From assembly GCA_964414795.1 (NCBI GenBank), contig CAYPWV010000004.1, forward strand, positions 1,591-65,590: a stretch of 64,000 nt of DNA. Direction: 5' to 3'. The position numbers and the translations under genes are program-made. The notes under the pieces were generated by a model. That model worked only from the letters and a program-made list of their open reading frames with translations. It did not search any database and was not told the origin of the DNA. Below are positions 38,301 to 48,815 of this stretch, piece by piece (the first letter of the stretch is position 1; each line of letters starts with the position of its first letter). The stretch is from an uncultured Gammaproteobacteria bacterium. Lineage in GTDB: Bacteria > Patescibacteriota > Patescibacteriia > UBA9934.

Positions 38301-41300
38301 CAATCATAAACGCTATCCCCGTCATCATCGGTTTCATCGGCACAGGTAATGCCGTCATCATTTGCTATCCAGCTGCTACAAGGTGCCTGGTCAGGAGCAG
38401 TATCGGTAACGCCGTCGGTACCCGTGTGCGTGTAGTCGGAAGATCCAAGATTTGATTGGAGTAATTTCCAGGTACGCAATTGATAGCCATCTTCATCAGA
38501 TCCTTCCCACGTATAGTACGTTGCGCCATTATCGGAAGAAACATTTGCATCTGCTTGTGCCTGCGTTACACATGCGCGCATGAAGCTGTAATATTCCTGC
38601 TCTTCGCTGGTAAGATTAGTAAACTCATCACATCCTACTTGCTCCGCAGAACATTCGGTTGCAGTATCGGGGATAAAGTACACCGAATCAACACCGTCAG
38701 GTTCATACAGCGTTGCTTCTTGGCGGTACGTGTCGTAGCCCGAGCACTCTGCGGGACATGTATCTAGTTCTGTAGCGATACCCGAGATGTCGGGATCACC
38801 GTTTGTTGGCGTATACATCGTGCAGCCCATGTCTTGCTCGCTACATACCTGTGCATAGTTTGCGCATTCTGCAGGATCATCCTCACTTCCGGTGCATCCC
38901 AAATACGTAGGAGCAACTTTCACAACAACCGTGGAATAATTCGTGTCGTTATAACCTTCCACCGGAGAAGAAACATCTTCACCTTGTTCAAGCTGCACGC
39001 TGTCGATGTAGCCATTAAAAGGATGTAACGTGAGATCGCCAAAAATACGCAACGAAGAGTCGCTCAGCGGAGGAACGGTAAACGTACAAGAGAAACGCTC
39101 GTAGTCTGAAGATGCGGGCTGCATATCTTCAATACCTACGCCTGTGGTAACCGCAGATCCAGCAAGATTGGTGTACGAGTCATCACAATTTCCCGTTATT
39201 GCAAGCCCCTCGATATCGATCCCTGTTCCTGTTTCGTCGTACAAATCAAGAGAAACGGTTGCAGAAGCGCTGTCTCCGTCATCTCTTTGGCGTGCATAAA
39301 ACGACAACGTGTACGTACGCGCCTGTCCGAGTTCAATTCCTGGCTGATACAGCGCGCCGCTGCCGTCTGATTCTCCGGGAGAAACCGCCACCTCACCTTC
39401 ACGCGCATACGAACCGTCGGTGGAAATGGTGGATGACCAAGAAGTATCAGTCGTGTGCAGGTTGTACCATCCATCGGGCTCTTCATCGGTATCGTCATCT
39501 TGCTCAAAGCTTGGATTATGTACCGTGTTTAAGCGCAAATCTGTATCACGCTCAATAAGCGTAGAACATCCGCCATTTTCTTCGTCACACTCCTCTACCT
39601 GGCTGTTGAAGTAGATGCGATCTGCATATTTTGCAGTATCTGCATCGGCGTCGGCAATGCTGTCGATAGCTGCATATGCATAGGTGCCATCTTCTTGCTC
39701 TTCTTTTTGCGTTGCATACCATCTACAGCCCACGGTATCTTCGGTGCAAGGACCCGGATCAACGGTATTTTTTAAGAGCGCGGTTGATGTACCTTCTGAA
39801 TCTTCAAATGCCAAACAGGATGCCGCATACTCTGGGCAACTTTCCCCACGGAATCTCCAGGTATTTTCTTCGGCAACACAGTATCCGTAGCCTCCTACGC
39901 AATTGCCATTTTCATCTTGGGCAATACAGCTGGGCATGTCTACACACGACTGCGCACGTTCATCCGCTTTGTCGGTAAGGAGCGTTTCACCGTAGGTTTG
40001 CATGCGGCACTGCGTATCGGGGTATTTGAGCACCCAGTCTGGATCGATCATTTTGCACCAGGGATGATTATCATCGGGGAGACCGTCGGGACCGCACGAG
40101 GTAAAACCGTCCATGACCTCTTGCAATGTTGCGGGATCTTCTACCGGATTTGCGGTTGCATTTGCGGCAAGTTCCCAGCCGATAGAAATAACCCGTGCTT
40201 TACGCAACTTTACCAAGTTTCCGTAACAAAAACCGTACGTATAACAAAATGCATCTTGATTTCGCGCAACGTCGGCGGCAGGAATAAGCGGCCACGAACC
40301 GTCAAGCAAGCCCTCATCAATTGCCTCTGCAACGGTGAGTGGCGCTCCTGCATCTGCACGAGCAACTGCGGAGATAAAATTAGCATCAGCAACACAGTTA
40401 TACAGTCCGCGAGAATCCGAACCTGGACAAGTAATGAAATCGGAAAGGATGCTGTAATTGCTTATTTGTAAAGGTGAAAAAGCAAGCAGAGAGCGGTACC
40501 TCTGCGCCGCGTCTTCGGTAGTATCGAGCGCAAAACTTTCCGGATCGAATGGATCAACCTGCGTGGTATCAAAATCAAACATGCCTTGCCAAATACGCTC
40601 TTGAACCTTTGATAATAACGTGTTACTAAACACGCTTCCCGCATGCACACCCAACGACAAGAGCAGATCTTTGTTTGTTAACATGGCGAACGTTGCCTGT
40701 TCTCTTACCTTTGTGCTCGCGTCTTGTGATTCTTCTACTTGCTTCTCAAGAATACTTGCAGGCGTTTCCACTTTTTGTGTAATAGCATTAACGACATCTT
40801 TAAAACCATTATCTTGCAACTTCTTTTGTACGCCAATAAATGGAAGAAGTGTTGTTTCTCCAAAAATATCTGTGGAAAGCTGCAATCCTGCACCAAATTC
40901 CGCTTTTTGCGGATCATACATGTTTGCAAGCTCTTTCAGAATAAGCTGATTTTTTTCTCCATCAGATTTATCTGTGAGATCTGCAATAAAAGAATTCCAC
41001 GTTCCTTCGGGGCCAAACATTTTGTTAAAATCACATTTTGGCTCGGGACGTTTATATACACCTTTAATGCCAAGTTTAAATTGTATCAAGGTGTAGGGAG
41101 ATGACGGTGCGCACAAATTAAAATTCGATAACAAACCTCCCGCACCTTCGATGGTGTCGGAAAGTGAGCCGATAGCTTCTCCAGCGATATCAGCACCTAA
41201 TTGCCCCAAATAAGTTCGTTCGGGCGTGCCATCGTAGAGCGGCTGTTCGGCAGGGCCACCGGTTGCAATACGTACCGCAGCATCGTATGCCAAACGATCA

Positions 41301-41524
41301 GCGGTAAAAGAAACTGTATTCACCAGTGCGGTTGCAACTGCGGCTTGCATGGTACTTTGTAAAAAGTATTTCACGCTATCTTTTACCCAAATAGCAAACT
41401 GTTGTGCATCAAAAACTGGAGCGCCTTGTGCGTGCGCGATATTTGCCCCCAAGAGCGGCGTGCTCAAAAAAAACAACGCCAGCCAGGCAGTAAAAAGCTT
41501 TTTTGCAAAATCATGAATACGCAT
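32333..41524 (-). CDS. Giant (3063 aa) secreted Cys/Asp-rich surface protein with CBM-like and Ca-binding-like repeats
   Basis: Signal peptide ending AHA. Repeated GC..F/Y and C..EE.GC modules, NPSFE and DLFED jelly-roll starts, DxDGD loops, C-terminal VMVDWGD PKD-like segment. Confidence 0.88.
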   Translation of the reverse strand: MRIHDFAKKLFTAWLALFFLSTPLLGANIAHAQGAPVFDAQQFAIWVKDSVKYFLQSTMQAAVATALVNTVSFTADRLAYDAAVRIATGGPAEQPLYDGTPERTYLGQLGADIAGEAIGSLSDTIEGAGGLLSNFNLCAPSSPYTLIQFKLGIKGVYKRPEPKCDFNKMFGPEGTWNSFIADLTDKSDGEKNQLILKELANMYDPQKAEFGAGLQLSTDIFGETTLLPFIGVQKKLQDNGFKDVVNAITQKVETPASILEKQVEESQDASTKVREQATFAMLTNKDLLLSLGVHAGSVFSNTLLSKVQERIWQGMFDFDTTQVDPFDPESFALDTTEDAAQRYRSLLAFSPLQISNYSILSDFITCPGSDSRGLYNCVADANFISAVARADAGAPLTVAEAIDEGLLDGSWPLIPAADVARNQDAFCYTYGFCYGNLVKLRKARVISIGWELAANATANPVEDPATLQEVMDGFTSCGPDGLPDDNHPWCKMIDPDWVLKYPDTQCRMQTYGETLLTDKADERAQSCVDMPSCIAQDENGNCVGGYGYCVAEENTWRFRGESCPEYAASCLAFEDSEGTSTALLKNTVDPGPCTEDTVGCRWYATQKEEQEDGTYAYAAIDSIADADADTAKYADRIYFNSQVEECDEENGGCSTLIERDTDLRLNTVHNPSFEQDDDTDEEPDGWYNLHTTDTSWSSTISTDGSYAREGEVAVSPGESDGSGALYQPGIELGQARTYTLSFYARQRDDGDSASATVSLDLYDETGTGIDIEGLAITGNCDDSYTNLAGSAVTTGVGIEDMQPASSDYERFSCTFTVPPLSDSSLRIFGDLTLHPFNGYIDSVQLEQGEDVSSPVEGYNDTNYSTVVVKVAPTYLGCTGSEDDPAECANYAQVCSEQDMGCTMYTPTNGDPDISGIATELDTCPAECSGYDTYRQEATLYEPDGVDSVYFIPDTATECSAEQVGCDEFTNLTSEEQEYYSFMRACVTQAQADANVSSDNGATYYTWEGSDEDGYQLRTWKLLQSNLGSSDYTHTGTDGVTDTAPDQAPCSSWIANDDGITCADETDDDGDSVYDWDSEDCNARADIFTNPDCREFYDENGNIHYRNWQQTVTVNDACQAYRKTTIAGDTAADQEATCEDSGGYYVSDSGECRYYGYSEESTSCEEAANGCRAYAGGRSRNSRLVFEDLFEDGTLNSWDAESASDATYSNESLAADGHSMLLTGPVTSFIVDNGSACTDASGCDGTSRSFGGECTISEESTYCGTLDNELFAGKTYTVSVVAKGTGTLQLGFDFNADPAAPEIDIAFDDAVELDDGWQVLNLGPLIMDADTYPDFGDGTTLVLIPTGSAYVDNVVLREGEESLNVIRDSWVTPASCDQSLTGETSPQYYLGCQEYTTQEGDTAYLKSFSSLCDEDKVGCAAFFKTQESESTSAKTYHATCNNLDIDGDGLPDIATSATACYYFTFSDTSFDTDSAYLCTISAGESSCLFTQDGFTPAWDMDNTAVSYGPETTVVPADQDMFLVVNDAVTCDDDVAGCMELGDPEWSQDRNSTEGADSVYLMNLPDTYDDILCAHDELFCDAFTTNEAETFYFKHPLNQTCEYRTDVTVDGTAYTGWFRTETDDFCYGTCEDTLGNEGDACGSNADCASDETCNAENPSYVIGGTESGIWNNGDDGFTGWAGTCSATYDTCTEFQDKLAQDDGELYGATDGTSYFYLNNDSLSEYGLSDSQKCDGQVSLKNGCAMFYDTGDTSLSANASATEVASRHADTLFGTEAYGLVDPIDCENAGDTTITTASGDTIDLCATRCVYDYGEVYDLSDGATYKEKLTDERTSSRDYDRDDLYTFGGSCYDATDCPLVQSESGANIEAISCATQVRVDPFSATASFGGAFSEWRSGSAETGFSSVPRQENDTNSVLKVNRDRSCSEWLSCSSTNTQWDATTASFVTTCGDIALCKDYDATTGSSFCSDWDFEKPEVIYDTDWYASRDTSWYGNEYSGMAIPNLFPVQALTQADVSPIGYCDFNGDLRGTCDDVDAGCGPAGAGTCLSPDDAVAAGIVEAKDYALVLNAGTCSEDEGESCSVGYCEENGAACATSDQCSDGACIVGSCYDVSSTACQTAADCSEGQTCYGGACADVGDDVEIEDYDSATGDATTCDSSETFVADAAMKLGSCVNSQCLLTPNGETYTDGTTEGKICRAYPESNSPFPNEVVESWYEPANPGSVESDPQGDALPYSLLSGFENTTTCAYGEDCDCSYTKVTFGDGQDSRVYGKDWDADFSVCGGDLETYADAGTICTIDANCSSDTCVDVNGQLGLCESGDREGGYCTENEQCGEGGTCAKTTREDVMYGLNGFCLEKDTSTNILGDRNKKACISWLPVDELAGDTDLQAKYTGAGYFEDTYACVNSDFYVDLGTSNVPEDTGSYDNNDIACAESDWDGDLTRGKSYTSETISACGDNAVCPDGYWTLLGQAAWEDGLGHMADACTGDSSLEVNDCPYVCIPLGAYADGGSCDPDGAYTEAMLEAYSSAFDYESVLPENSFAVGRQPSDGDDAAADGFAQFDNMATALKSCRAQGVEYTDELAANVFNIDSGDYAGDSYGNYRYLHFQEDTSFENVSCKNVLQVSDATNYAGYAFTDRILNPNSTFTNINDADYPNMEYSADTVPTPFGFITTNPGTRDASETPLQVAACEDGDGNLVPPNGTDNLNSCDGDFIEYAPDAYENFTAPATALARSFIDFTLKLYKVGFSVDEVWSVSPTSGATASVFSRVNQLFAAADIGIHDTLYSWNAAWGSAGLSADRYGADDADAYTTYDVRPAEGTAPQVWSVDVGSCSDDGVLCEEGTEEAITLNSQDTGDQSGVQFFNATIKFYAAADKNQLPIRRVMVDWGDDVDGGSFTGSDADDNFFKNARGLQEGTQNSKCDLETEWGLTDESCDPYYFTYNHIYTCSSEILRDSSAACSDSPADGDDDYDSFPCWVDQSGDDVPDACVFKPRIHIRDNWGWCTGTCEDGNIADEDGRSGCFAGVGNDIQSASDETYSECSYAIYPDDNSDIDPWVEYSGVIIVTP

Positions 41525-41540
41525 ACCAAAACAAGATCGT

Positions 41541-42224
41541 TTAAGGGATTGTTACCGAGGTGTCTGTTGATGCGTCATCTTCTTGCAGGGAAGTTGCCGC
41601 TTGTCCAAGTGCATCAAGATAGACAGTCATGACCTGCTCATCGGAGAGCGCATCAAGAGTTGCGGCGTCCATACCTGAGCTCAAAAGAAACTCACGAACC
41701 TCGCCTACAGAAAGTTGCTGCAGGGCGCCCACCGTATCGACAAGCGTGGGTGTGGAAGTATTCTCCGCAACCGGAGCTTCTGATGCTAAAAAGTCTGCTA
41801 CAGCACCTGCCTGCAGTAATTCTGATGATGCACATGTTTTACCGAGTGCGCAGTTTGGATCCCCTCCCTCGCCGATCTCTATACCATCCGCACGTCCATC
41901 AGAATCGGTATCTGCGATGTAGGGACTTGTAGAAAAGATATGGAGTTCGTCGTAATCGGAAATACCGTCTGCATCGGTATCTGCAATGCGCTGAAGCGCA
42001 ATTTCTTCGCTTTCTTTTTCGGCCGACGTGCTGTAGCGCGGGCCTGTATAAGAAACAAGGAATGGCTTCTTTACATTGCTAAAGAAAAACAGACTTCCAA
42101 AAATAACTGCTCCTACACCACAAACGGCAAGAAAACCAAACGCCACACGCTCCTCGTGTGTAGATGTTTTTTTTGACCGCTCGAGTAACAAGCGTGCTCC
42201 GGATTCTTGGGGCACTTCACTCAT
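41541..42224 (-). CDS. Membrane-anchored protein with DTDxDG Ca-binding (TSP3-like) repeats
   Basis: TM then DTDADGISDYDE..TSPYIADTDSDG. Start reassigned to ATG 42224. Confidence 0.82.
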   Translation of the reverse strand: MSEVPQESGARLLLERSKKTSTHEERVAFGFLAVCGVGAVIFGSLFFFSNVKKPFLVSYTGPRYSTSAEKESEEIALQRIADTDADGISDYDELHIFSTSPYIADTDSDGRADGIEIGEGGDPNCALGKTCASSELLQAGAVADFLASEAPVAENTSTPTLVDTVGALQQLSVGEVREFLLSSGMDAATLDALSDEQVMTVYLDALGQAATSLQEDDASTDTSVTIP

Positions 42225-42299
42225 ATGCGTCTCAAAGTATATCAAAAAATGCACCTCCGTATTCAGGGAAGGTACATCATGTGTGCATAGGTTTTTGGG

Positions 42300-42577
42300 G
42301 AAGTTCTGAAGTGGTGAAGATATGAAGTTGGGAAGATGTGAGTAGGGGCGGAACATCTTCCGCCCGTACTGAAGTGAGTGGATGTTATGTTTTTGTTGGG
42401 ATGAAGATGAAAGACAGCAGACTACAGACGGCAGATGGAAGAAATGATTTGAGGTCACAAGATCCTGAGCTCGGCGAAGGATCTCGAGAAGACCATTTGT
42501 CAGGAGACTTTTCCGTTCCATCCGTCCGATAGGTTCTTCCGATCACTTCAAACTCTTAACTTCCAGCTTCAAACTCT
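42300..42577. repeat. Composite heptamer-armed element (copy C)
   Basis: GAAG-periodic arm, GGGCGGAACATCTTCCGCCC hairpin, GAAGTGAGTGGATG, AGACAGC-AGACTAC-AGACGGC, GATCCTGAGC..GAAGGATCTC, TCACTTCAAACT (42543-54). Confidence 0.85.
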
Positions 42578-43367
42578 TCTCCAAAACACTCCACACCTCC
42601 AACGACACCTCCTCGGGTCGGGCGAGCGGGCTGAGGCCTTGTGCTGCAAGAAGATCGCCTATTTCTTCGCGTTTTCCCGCGCCTGCTTGGGCGAGGGTTT
42701 GCCGCAATTGCCTGCGAGGATGTGCGAAACCTTTTTTTGCGAGTGCAATAATGCGTTCAGCACGATCTTGCGGATACTTTTGCTCTGCAGTAAGTTTTAA
42801 AACCACCGAGTCTACCTTGGGCGGAGGAGTAAAAGCTCCTGGCTTTACCGTGCAAATACGCTTTCCCTCGGTTTTTAATTGCATTGCCACAGAAAGCACA
42901 CTCATGCCGGGCGGATGCGCGAGGATGCGATCTCCTATTTCTTTTTGCAACATCACTACCGCAGACACCGGAGGATGCGCGCACCAAAAAACATCATTCA
43001 CAATTGCGGTTCCGACATTATAGGGAAGATTGCTCACCAAAAGCCAAGGCTCTCCTTTGAGAAGATCTTGCCAATGTATTTCCGTTGCATCGGCATGCAC
43101 AAGCGTTGCTTGGGGAAAGCGATCTCGCAAATCGGGAAGTAAATCTGCATCAATTTCAATAAGCATCAAATCCTCTCCCCTTCCCTCTTGCACGAGCTTT
43201 TCATAGAGTGGCACCGTGAGCGCCCCACGACCTGGACCTATCTCAACTATTTTCTTTGCGGAGTCAAAATCTACCGCCGCAAGAATCTTCTGAATGATTG
43301 CTGCGTCGTGAAGAAAATGCTGGCCAAAGCTTTTTTTAGCGGCTGAATGTTGCTTTGTACCAATCAT
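42543..43367 (-). CDS. rsmA: 16S rRNA dimethyladenosine transferase
   Basis: KKSFGQHFL, EIGPGRG, SNLPYN, FTPPPKVDS. Confidence 0.95.
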   Translation of the reverse strand: MIGTKQHSAAKKSFGQHFLHDAAIIQKILAAVDFDSAKKIVEIGPGRGALTVPLYEKLVQEGRGEDLMLIEIDADLLPDLRDRFPQATLVHADATEIHWQDLLKGEPWLLVSNLPYNVGTAIVNDVFWCAHPPVSAVVMLQKEIGDRILAHPPGMSVLSVAMQLKTEGKRICTVKPGAFTPPPKVDSVVLKLTAEQKYPQDRAERIIALAKKGFAHPRRQLRQTLAQAGAGKREEIGDLLAAQGLSPLARPEEVSLEVWSVLEKSLKLEVKSLK

Positions 43368-44277
43368 AGGTTTTTTGCAAGCCGTCTTGAAATGACGTGC
43401 GCATCTTCCATCCTAAAAGCTCTTGCGCAGAAGAAGGATCGAGCACACTCTTATACACCTCGCCCGCACGTTCGGAAGCAAAAACAAAAGGATGTTCTTT
43501 TCCGTGTATTTTGAGAAGCTCGTCCACAAGCTCGCGCACCGTTACCTCTTGTCCGGATCCCACGTTTATCGTGCCCGACAAAGAACTTTGCGCAGCTTGC
43601 ACTAATGCCTCCACTGCATCGCCTACATGCAAAAAGTCTCTTCCTGCAGACCCATCACCAAAAATAGTAAACGGCTCGCCTGTAACCAGAAGTTTATCAA
43701 GAAAAAGAGAGATGACGTTGCCTTCACCCATGGGCTTTGCTACCTGCTGCCTGGCACCGTACAGGTTAGAAAAACGCAGTGATATGCAAGAAACGCCTTC
43801 GGTTTTTGCCGCGCTTTGCAGATAGTGTTCAAACGTTTGCTTGCCAATGCCATAGGGCGACAATGGCTGCGCATCATGCAACAGCGGCGTGGGACGAACA
43901 GGATGATCGCCATAAATTGCACCGCCCGACGACGCAAAAATAATCTTTCCTACACCTGCATTTTTACACCACTCTAAAAAGCGTACCGAGGCAACGATAT
44001 TATTTTTTGCGTCATTAATAGGAAAAAGCACAGAATTTGTAACGCTAATCTGCGCCGCAAGATGAAACACCACATCCGGACGAGCCTCCATAAGCACTTC
44101 GCGTACATGCGGATCCGTAAAATCTAAACGATGCACTTCAACGCTTTGCGGAAGAAAACGCAATTTCTCTTTTTTATGATGATCAACAACAATCACCCGA
44201 TCACCTCGAGCGACGAATGCGTCAGCCAAATGAGAACCGAGAAATCCCGCACCGCCGGTGATGAGAATAGTGGACAT
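43336..44277 (-). CDS. NAD-dependent epimerase/dehydratase (UDP-glucose 4-epimerase-like)
   Basis: ITGGAGFLGSH, HLAAQ, SSGGAIYG, YGIGK. ATG 44277. Confidence 0.9.
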   Translation of the reverse strand: MSTILITGGAGFLGSHLADAFVARGDRVIVVDHHKKEKLRFLPQSVEVHRLDFTDPHVREVLMEARPDVVFHLAAQISVTNSVLFPINDAKNNIVASVRFLEWCKNAGVGKIIFASSGGAIYGDHPVRPTPLLHDAQPLSPYGIGKQTFEHYLQSAAKTEGVSCISLRFSNLYGARQQVAKPMGEGNVISLFLDKLLVTGEPFTIFGDGSAGRDFLHVGDAVEALVQAAQSSLSGTINVGSGQEVTVRELVDELLKIHGKEHPFVFASERAGEVYKSVLDPSSAQELLGWKMRTSFQDGLQKTYDWYKATFSR

Positions 44278-44280
44278 AGT

Positions 44281-44567
44281 TGGGAAGTTATGAAGTAATG
44301 AAGTTCGGAAGAGATGAAGTGGCGGAACATCTTCCGCCCGTATCAAGTGAGTGGATGTTGTTTTTTTGTGGGATGAAGATGAAAGACGGCAGACTGCAGA
44401 TGGAAGAAATGATCTGAATTCACAAGATCCTGAGCTTTGCGAAGGATCTCGAGAAAATCCATTCGTCAGGAAACTTTCTTAGTCGTGCGATAGGTCCTTC
44501 GCTGTCGCTCAGGATCCTACTCAGTAAAAAACTACCTTTCACTTCAAACTTATAACTCCAAACTTCA
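44281..44567. repeat. Composite heptamer-armed element (copy D)
   Basis: Closely similar to copy C over most of the internal region. TCACTTCAAACT at 44539-50. Confidence 0.85.
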
Positions 44568-45482
44568 CACTTTCTCCCTATACCATTTCACCGTTTCCTC
44601 TATTCCCTCCCCCAACTGCTTAACCGGCTTCCAGCCAAGAACATCTTGCGCTTTTGCGTAAGAAAGTGAAACACGAGAAACGAGGTCGGTGACTTCTGGG
44701 CGATAGAGGGGCTTTTGCGATGCACCAACCGCCTGCGCAACGTGTGCAAATATTTCTTCGGTAGACGTTTCAATGCCTGTTCCGATATTCATCACCGTTT
44801 CGTTGGAACTAGCGAGTGCGCGCAAAAACGCATCAACCACATCGGCAACATACACGTAATCACGTGTTGTTTTTCCGGTTCCGTTAATAAAGGGCGACTC
44901 TTTGGCAAGAAGCTTCTTGGTAAAGATGGCGATCGCTCCGCATTCCTTGCTTCCATCTTGGCGAGGACCGTACACGTTTGCCAAACGCAATGTGCACGTT
45001 GAAAGACCAAGTTGCAACGTAAAATAGCGCAAATAGCGCTCACCGGTAAGCTTACTTACCGCATAGGGTGTGAGCGGTTTTGGCACTGCGTCTTCGGTAA
45101 TGGGTAGAATATCTTGGTTGCCATATACCACACCGGTCGAGGCAAAGAGGACACGTTTTGCACCCGAAATGCGCGCCGCATCCAAAACGTTAATTGTACC
45201 GAGGATATTATGCTCCGCATTTTCCACCGGTTCACGCACCGAAGCGCGATCATCAATATGTGCCGCTAAGTGGATAACGTATTCCGGACGAACATCCATA
45301 AACATATCTGCCAAATGCGTATCGCGAATATCGCGCTGTACATAGGTTGCTTTTTCATTACCCCATACCGGATGCGCAGGAACAATATCCACCACCGTCA
45401 CCTCATCTCCACGCTCAACAAGCGCATCTACAAGATGCGAGCCAATGAATCCCGAACCGCCGGTTATAAGAATACTAGACAT
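44565..45482 (-). CDS. NAD-dependent epimerase/dehydratase (UDP-glucose 4-epimerase-like), second paralog
   Basis: ITGGSGFIGSH, HLAAH, YAVSK, NVYGPRQ. Confidence 0.9.
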   Translation of the reverse strand: MSSILITGGSGFIGSHLVDALVERGDEVTVVDIVPAHPVWGNEKATYVQRDIRDTHLADMFMDVRPEYVIHLAAHIDDRASVREPVENAEHNILGTINVLDAARISGAKRVLFASTGVVYGNQDILPITEDAVPKPLTPYAVSKLTGERYLRYFTLQLGLSTCTLRLANVYGPRQDGSKECGAIAIFTKKLLAKESPFINGTGKTTRDYVYVADVVDAFLRALASSNETVMNIGTGIETSTEEIFAHVAQAVGASQKPLYRPEVTDLVSRVSLSYAKAQDVLGWKPVKQLGEGIEETVKWYREKV

Positions 45483-45491
45483 AGCATGCGC

Positions 45492-45572
45492 GTCATCCCG
45501 GGCTTGACCCGGGATCCATCGTTATTTAATTAAGCTATTGGCGATGGATGCCGGATCGGTGTCCGGCATGAC
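45492..45572. repeat. GTCATnCCGG double-palindrome repeat
   Basis: GTCATCCCGGGCTTGACCCGGGATCCATCG...CGATGGATGCCGGATCGGTGTCCGGCATGAC. Confidence 0.85.
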
Positions 45573-45575
45573 GAA

Positions 45576-46691
45576 TTACACAGAACTCTCCCTCCTCTTT
45601 TCTCTTCGCAAATACGACTCGATGAAAGCAAGGATATCACCTCCAAGGACTGCTTCGGTATCTGTGGTTTCTTCATCGGTACGATGATCTTTTACCATTT
45701 TATACGGATGAAGCACGTAACTGCGAATTTGGTTGCCCCACGCGGCGGTTTTGTGTTCGCCTTTTACATCGGCAATTTTTTCTGCGCGCGCCTCTACCAT
45801 GAGCCGATAGAGCTTTGCTTTAAGAAGACGCATGGCGATTTCTTTGTTCTGCGATTGCGATCGCTCGTTTTGACACGAGACGACGATATTTGTAGGAAGA
45901 TGCGTGATGCGAATTGCGGAATATGTGGTGTTTACCGATTGCCCACCCTTGCCGGACGAAAGATACGTATCAATACGCAAGTCATCTGGATCAAGCTCAA
46001 TGGCGGACGCGTCTACCTCAGCAAATTCGGGAAGCACTTCGCAAAGCGCAAACGTGGTGTGACGCATTTGCTCGGCGTCAAATGGCGAAATGCGCACCAA
46101 GCGATGCACGCCATGTTCGCTTTTTAAATACCCATACGCATATCTTCCCTTAATGACAACCGTAATACTTTTGTATCCCGCAACTTCCGCAGGAGATTCT
46201 TCCATAACCTCTACCGACCATCCCTGCTTCTCTGCAAAGCGCGTATACATGCGGAGTAACATTGCCACCCAGTCATTTGCATCCGTTCCTCCAGCTCCCG
46301 CGTGGAGAGAAATAATGGCGTTTCGTGTATCAAATTCTCCCGAAAAAAGCATCTTAAATTCCATGCTCGCAAAACGTTCTTCAATAGCCGCAATCCCCTG
46401 TTCTACCTGCACCTTCGACACCTCATCATCCGTGTTTTCAACAAGTGCGAGTAAATCTTTATATTCTTGTGTGTCCGCTTTTATTTTTTGCCACGCTTCA
46501 GCTTCTTTTTTTAAATCGGATGCTTCTTGCGCAACTGCACGTGCTTTTTCGGGAGCGTTCCAAAATGCAGGATCGTTCATCTCCGCTTCAAGCTCTTGTA
46601 CACGCACAAAAACCGCATCAAGCCGCAAGGTTTCCCATGCGGATTGAATGCGCTCTTCGAGTATCTTTATGCGATCCGCAAGTAACGACAT
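45576..46691 (-). CDS. prfB: Peptide chain release factor 2 (no programmed frameshift)
   Basis: GVHRLVRISPF, GGQ, WGNQIRSYV in a single open frame. Confidence 0.96.
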   Translation of the reverse strand: MSLLADRIKILEERIQSAWETLRLDAVFVRVQELEAEMNDPAFWNAPEKARAVAQEASDLKKEAEAWQKIKADTQEYKDLLALVENTDDEVSKVQVEQGIAAIEERFASMEFKMLFSGEFDTRNAIISLHAGAGGTDANDWVAMLLRMYTRFAEKQGWSVEVMEESPAEVAGYKSITVVIKGRYAYGYLKSEHGVHRLVRISPFDAEQMRHTTFALCEVLPEFAEVDASAIELDPDDLRIDTYLSSGKGGQSVNTTYSAIRITHLPTNIVVSCQNERSQSQNKEIAMRLLKAKLYRLMVEARAEKIADVKGEHKTAAWGNQIRSYVLHPYKMVKDHRTDEETTDTEAVLGGDILAFIESYLRREKRRESSV

Positions 46692-46696
46692 GTGCG

Positions 46697-47053
46697 CTAT
46701 AGTTTAATGTCGTTTGCAAACCTTCCCACCACGGGCAATTCCCATTTTTCACCTTTATATGCATGCCATGCTCCTCCAAGAACAAGAAGAATCATAAGCA
46801 AGTTATACACACACACCGCAAACCATCCAATAACAGGAATAAGCCATGCAACAAATGGGCTTAAAATTGCACCTGCAACACAAAGCACCGTTACTATCAA
46901 TCCCTGTTTCCCGTGCCAAAGAGAAAAGCTGTGTTTTTTTCCCAAATAAAGAGGAACAAAGAAAAGGGGCGGAATGTACCCAATAGCTGAAAACAAACGA
47001 GACTGTTCATCGGGCATCTGCGTCTTCGGAGAAGTTTCGGGAGTTGTATTCAT
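46697..47053 (-). CDS. DUF4870-like small membrane protein
   Basis: SAIGY..H.KQGL..AYKGE..LPVVG. Confidence 0.78.
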   Translation of the reverse strand: MNTTPETSPKTQMPDEQSRLFSAIGYIPPLFFVPLYLGKKHSFSLWHGKQGLIVTVLCVAGAILSPFVAWLIPVIGWFAVCVYNLLMILLVLGGAWHAYKGEKWELPVVGRFANDIKL

Positions 47054-47090
47054 ACGTCTTGATCGTACCAGATTCCTTGAGAGACGCCAA

Positions 47091-47122
47091 ACAAAAATCC
47101 CAGCGTATTGCTGGGATTTTTG
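47091..47122 (-). terminator. groESL terminator
   Basis: ACAAAAATCCCAGC-GTATT-GCTGGGATTTTTGT. Confidence 0.85.
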
Positions 47123-47124
47123 TG

Positions 47125-48783
<1,659 letters not shown>

Positions 48784-48815
48784 TCAGAAAGTTTTTGGTT
48801 TATGGTTGGGGAAAG

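Noticed and set aside
42225-42521. N-terminal extensions in the ORF track for 41541.., 43336.., 61290.. and 29268..
   Set aside because: The extensions are translations of intergenic repeat elements. Downstream ATGs match the family starts.
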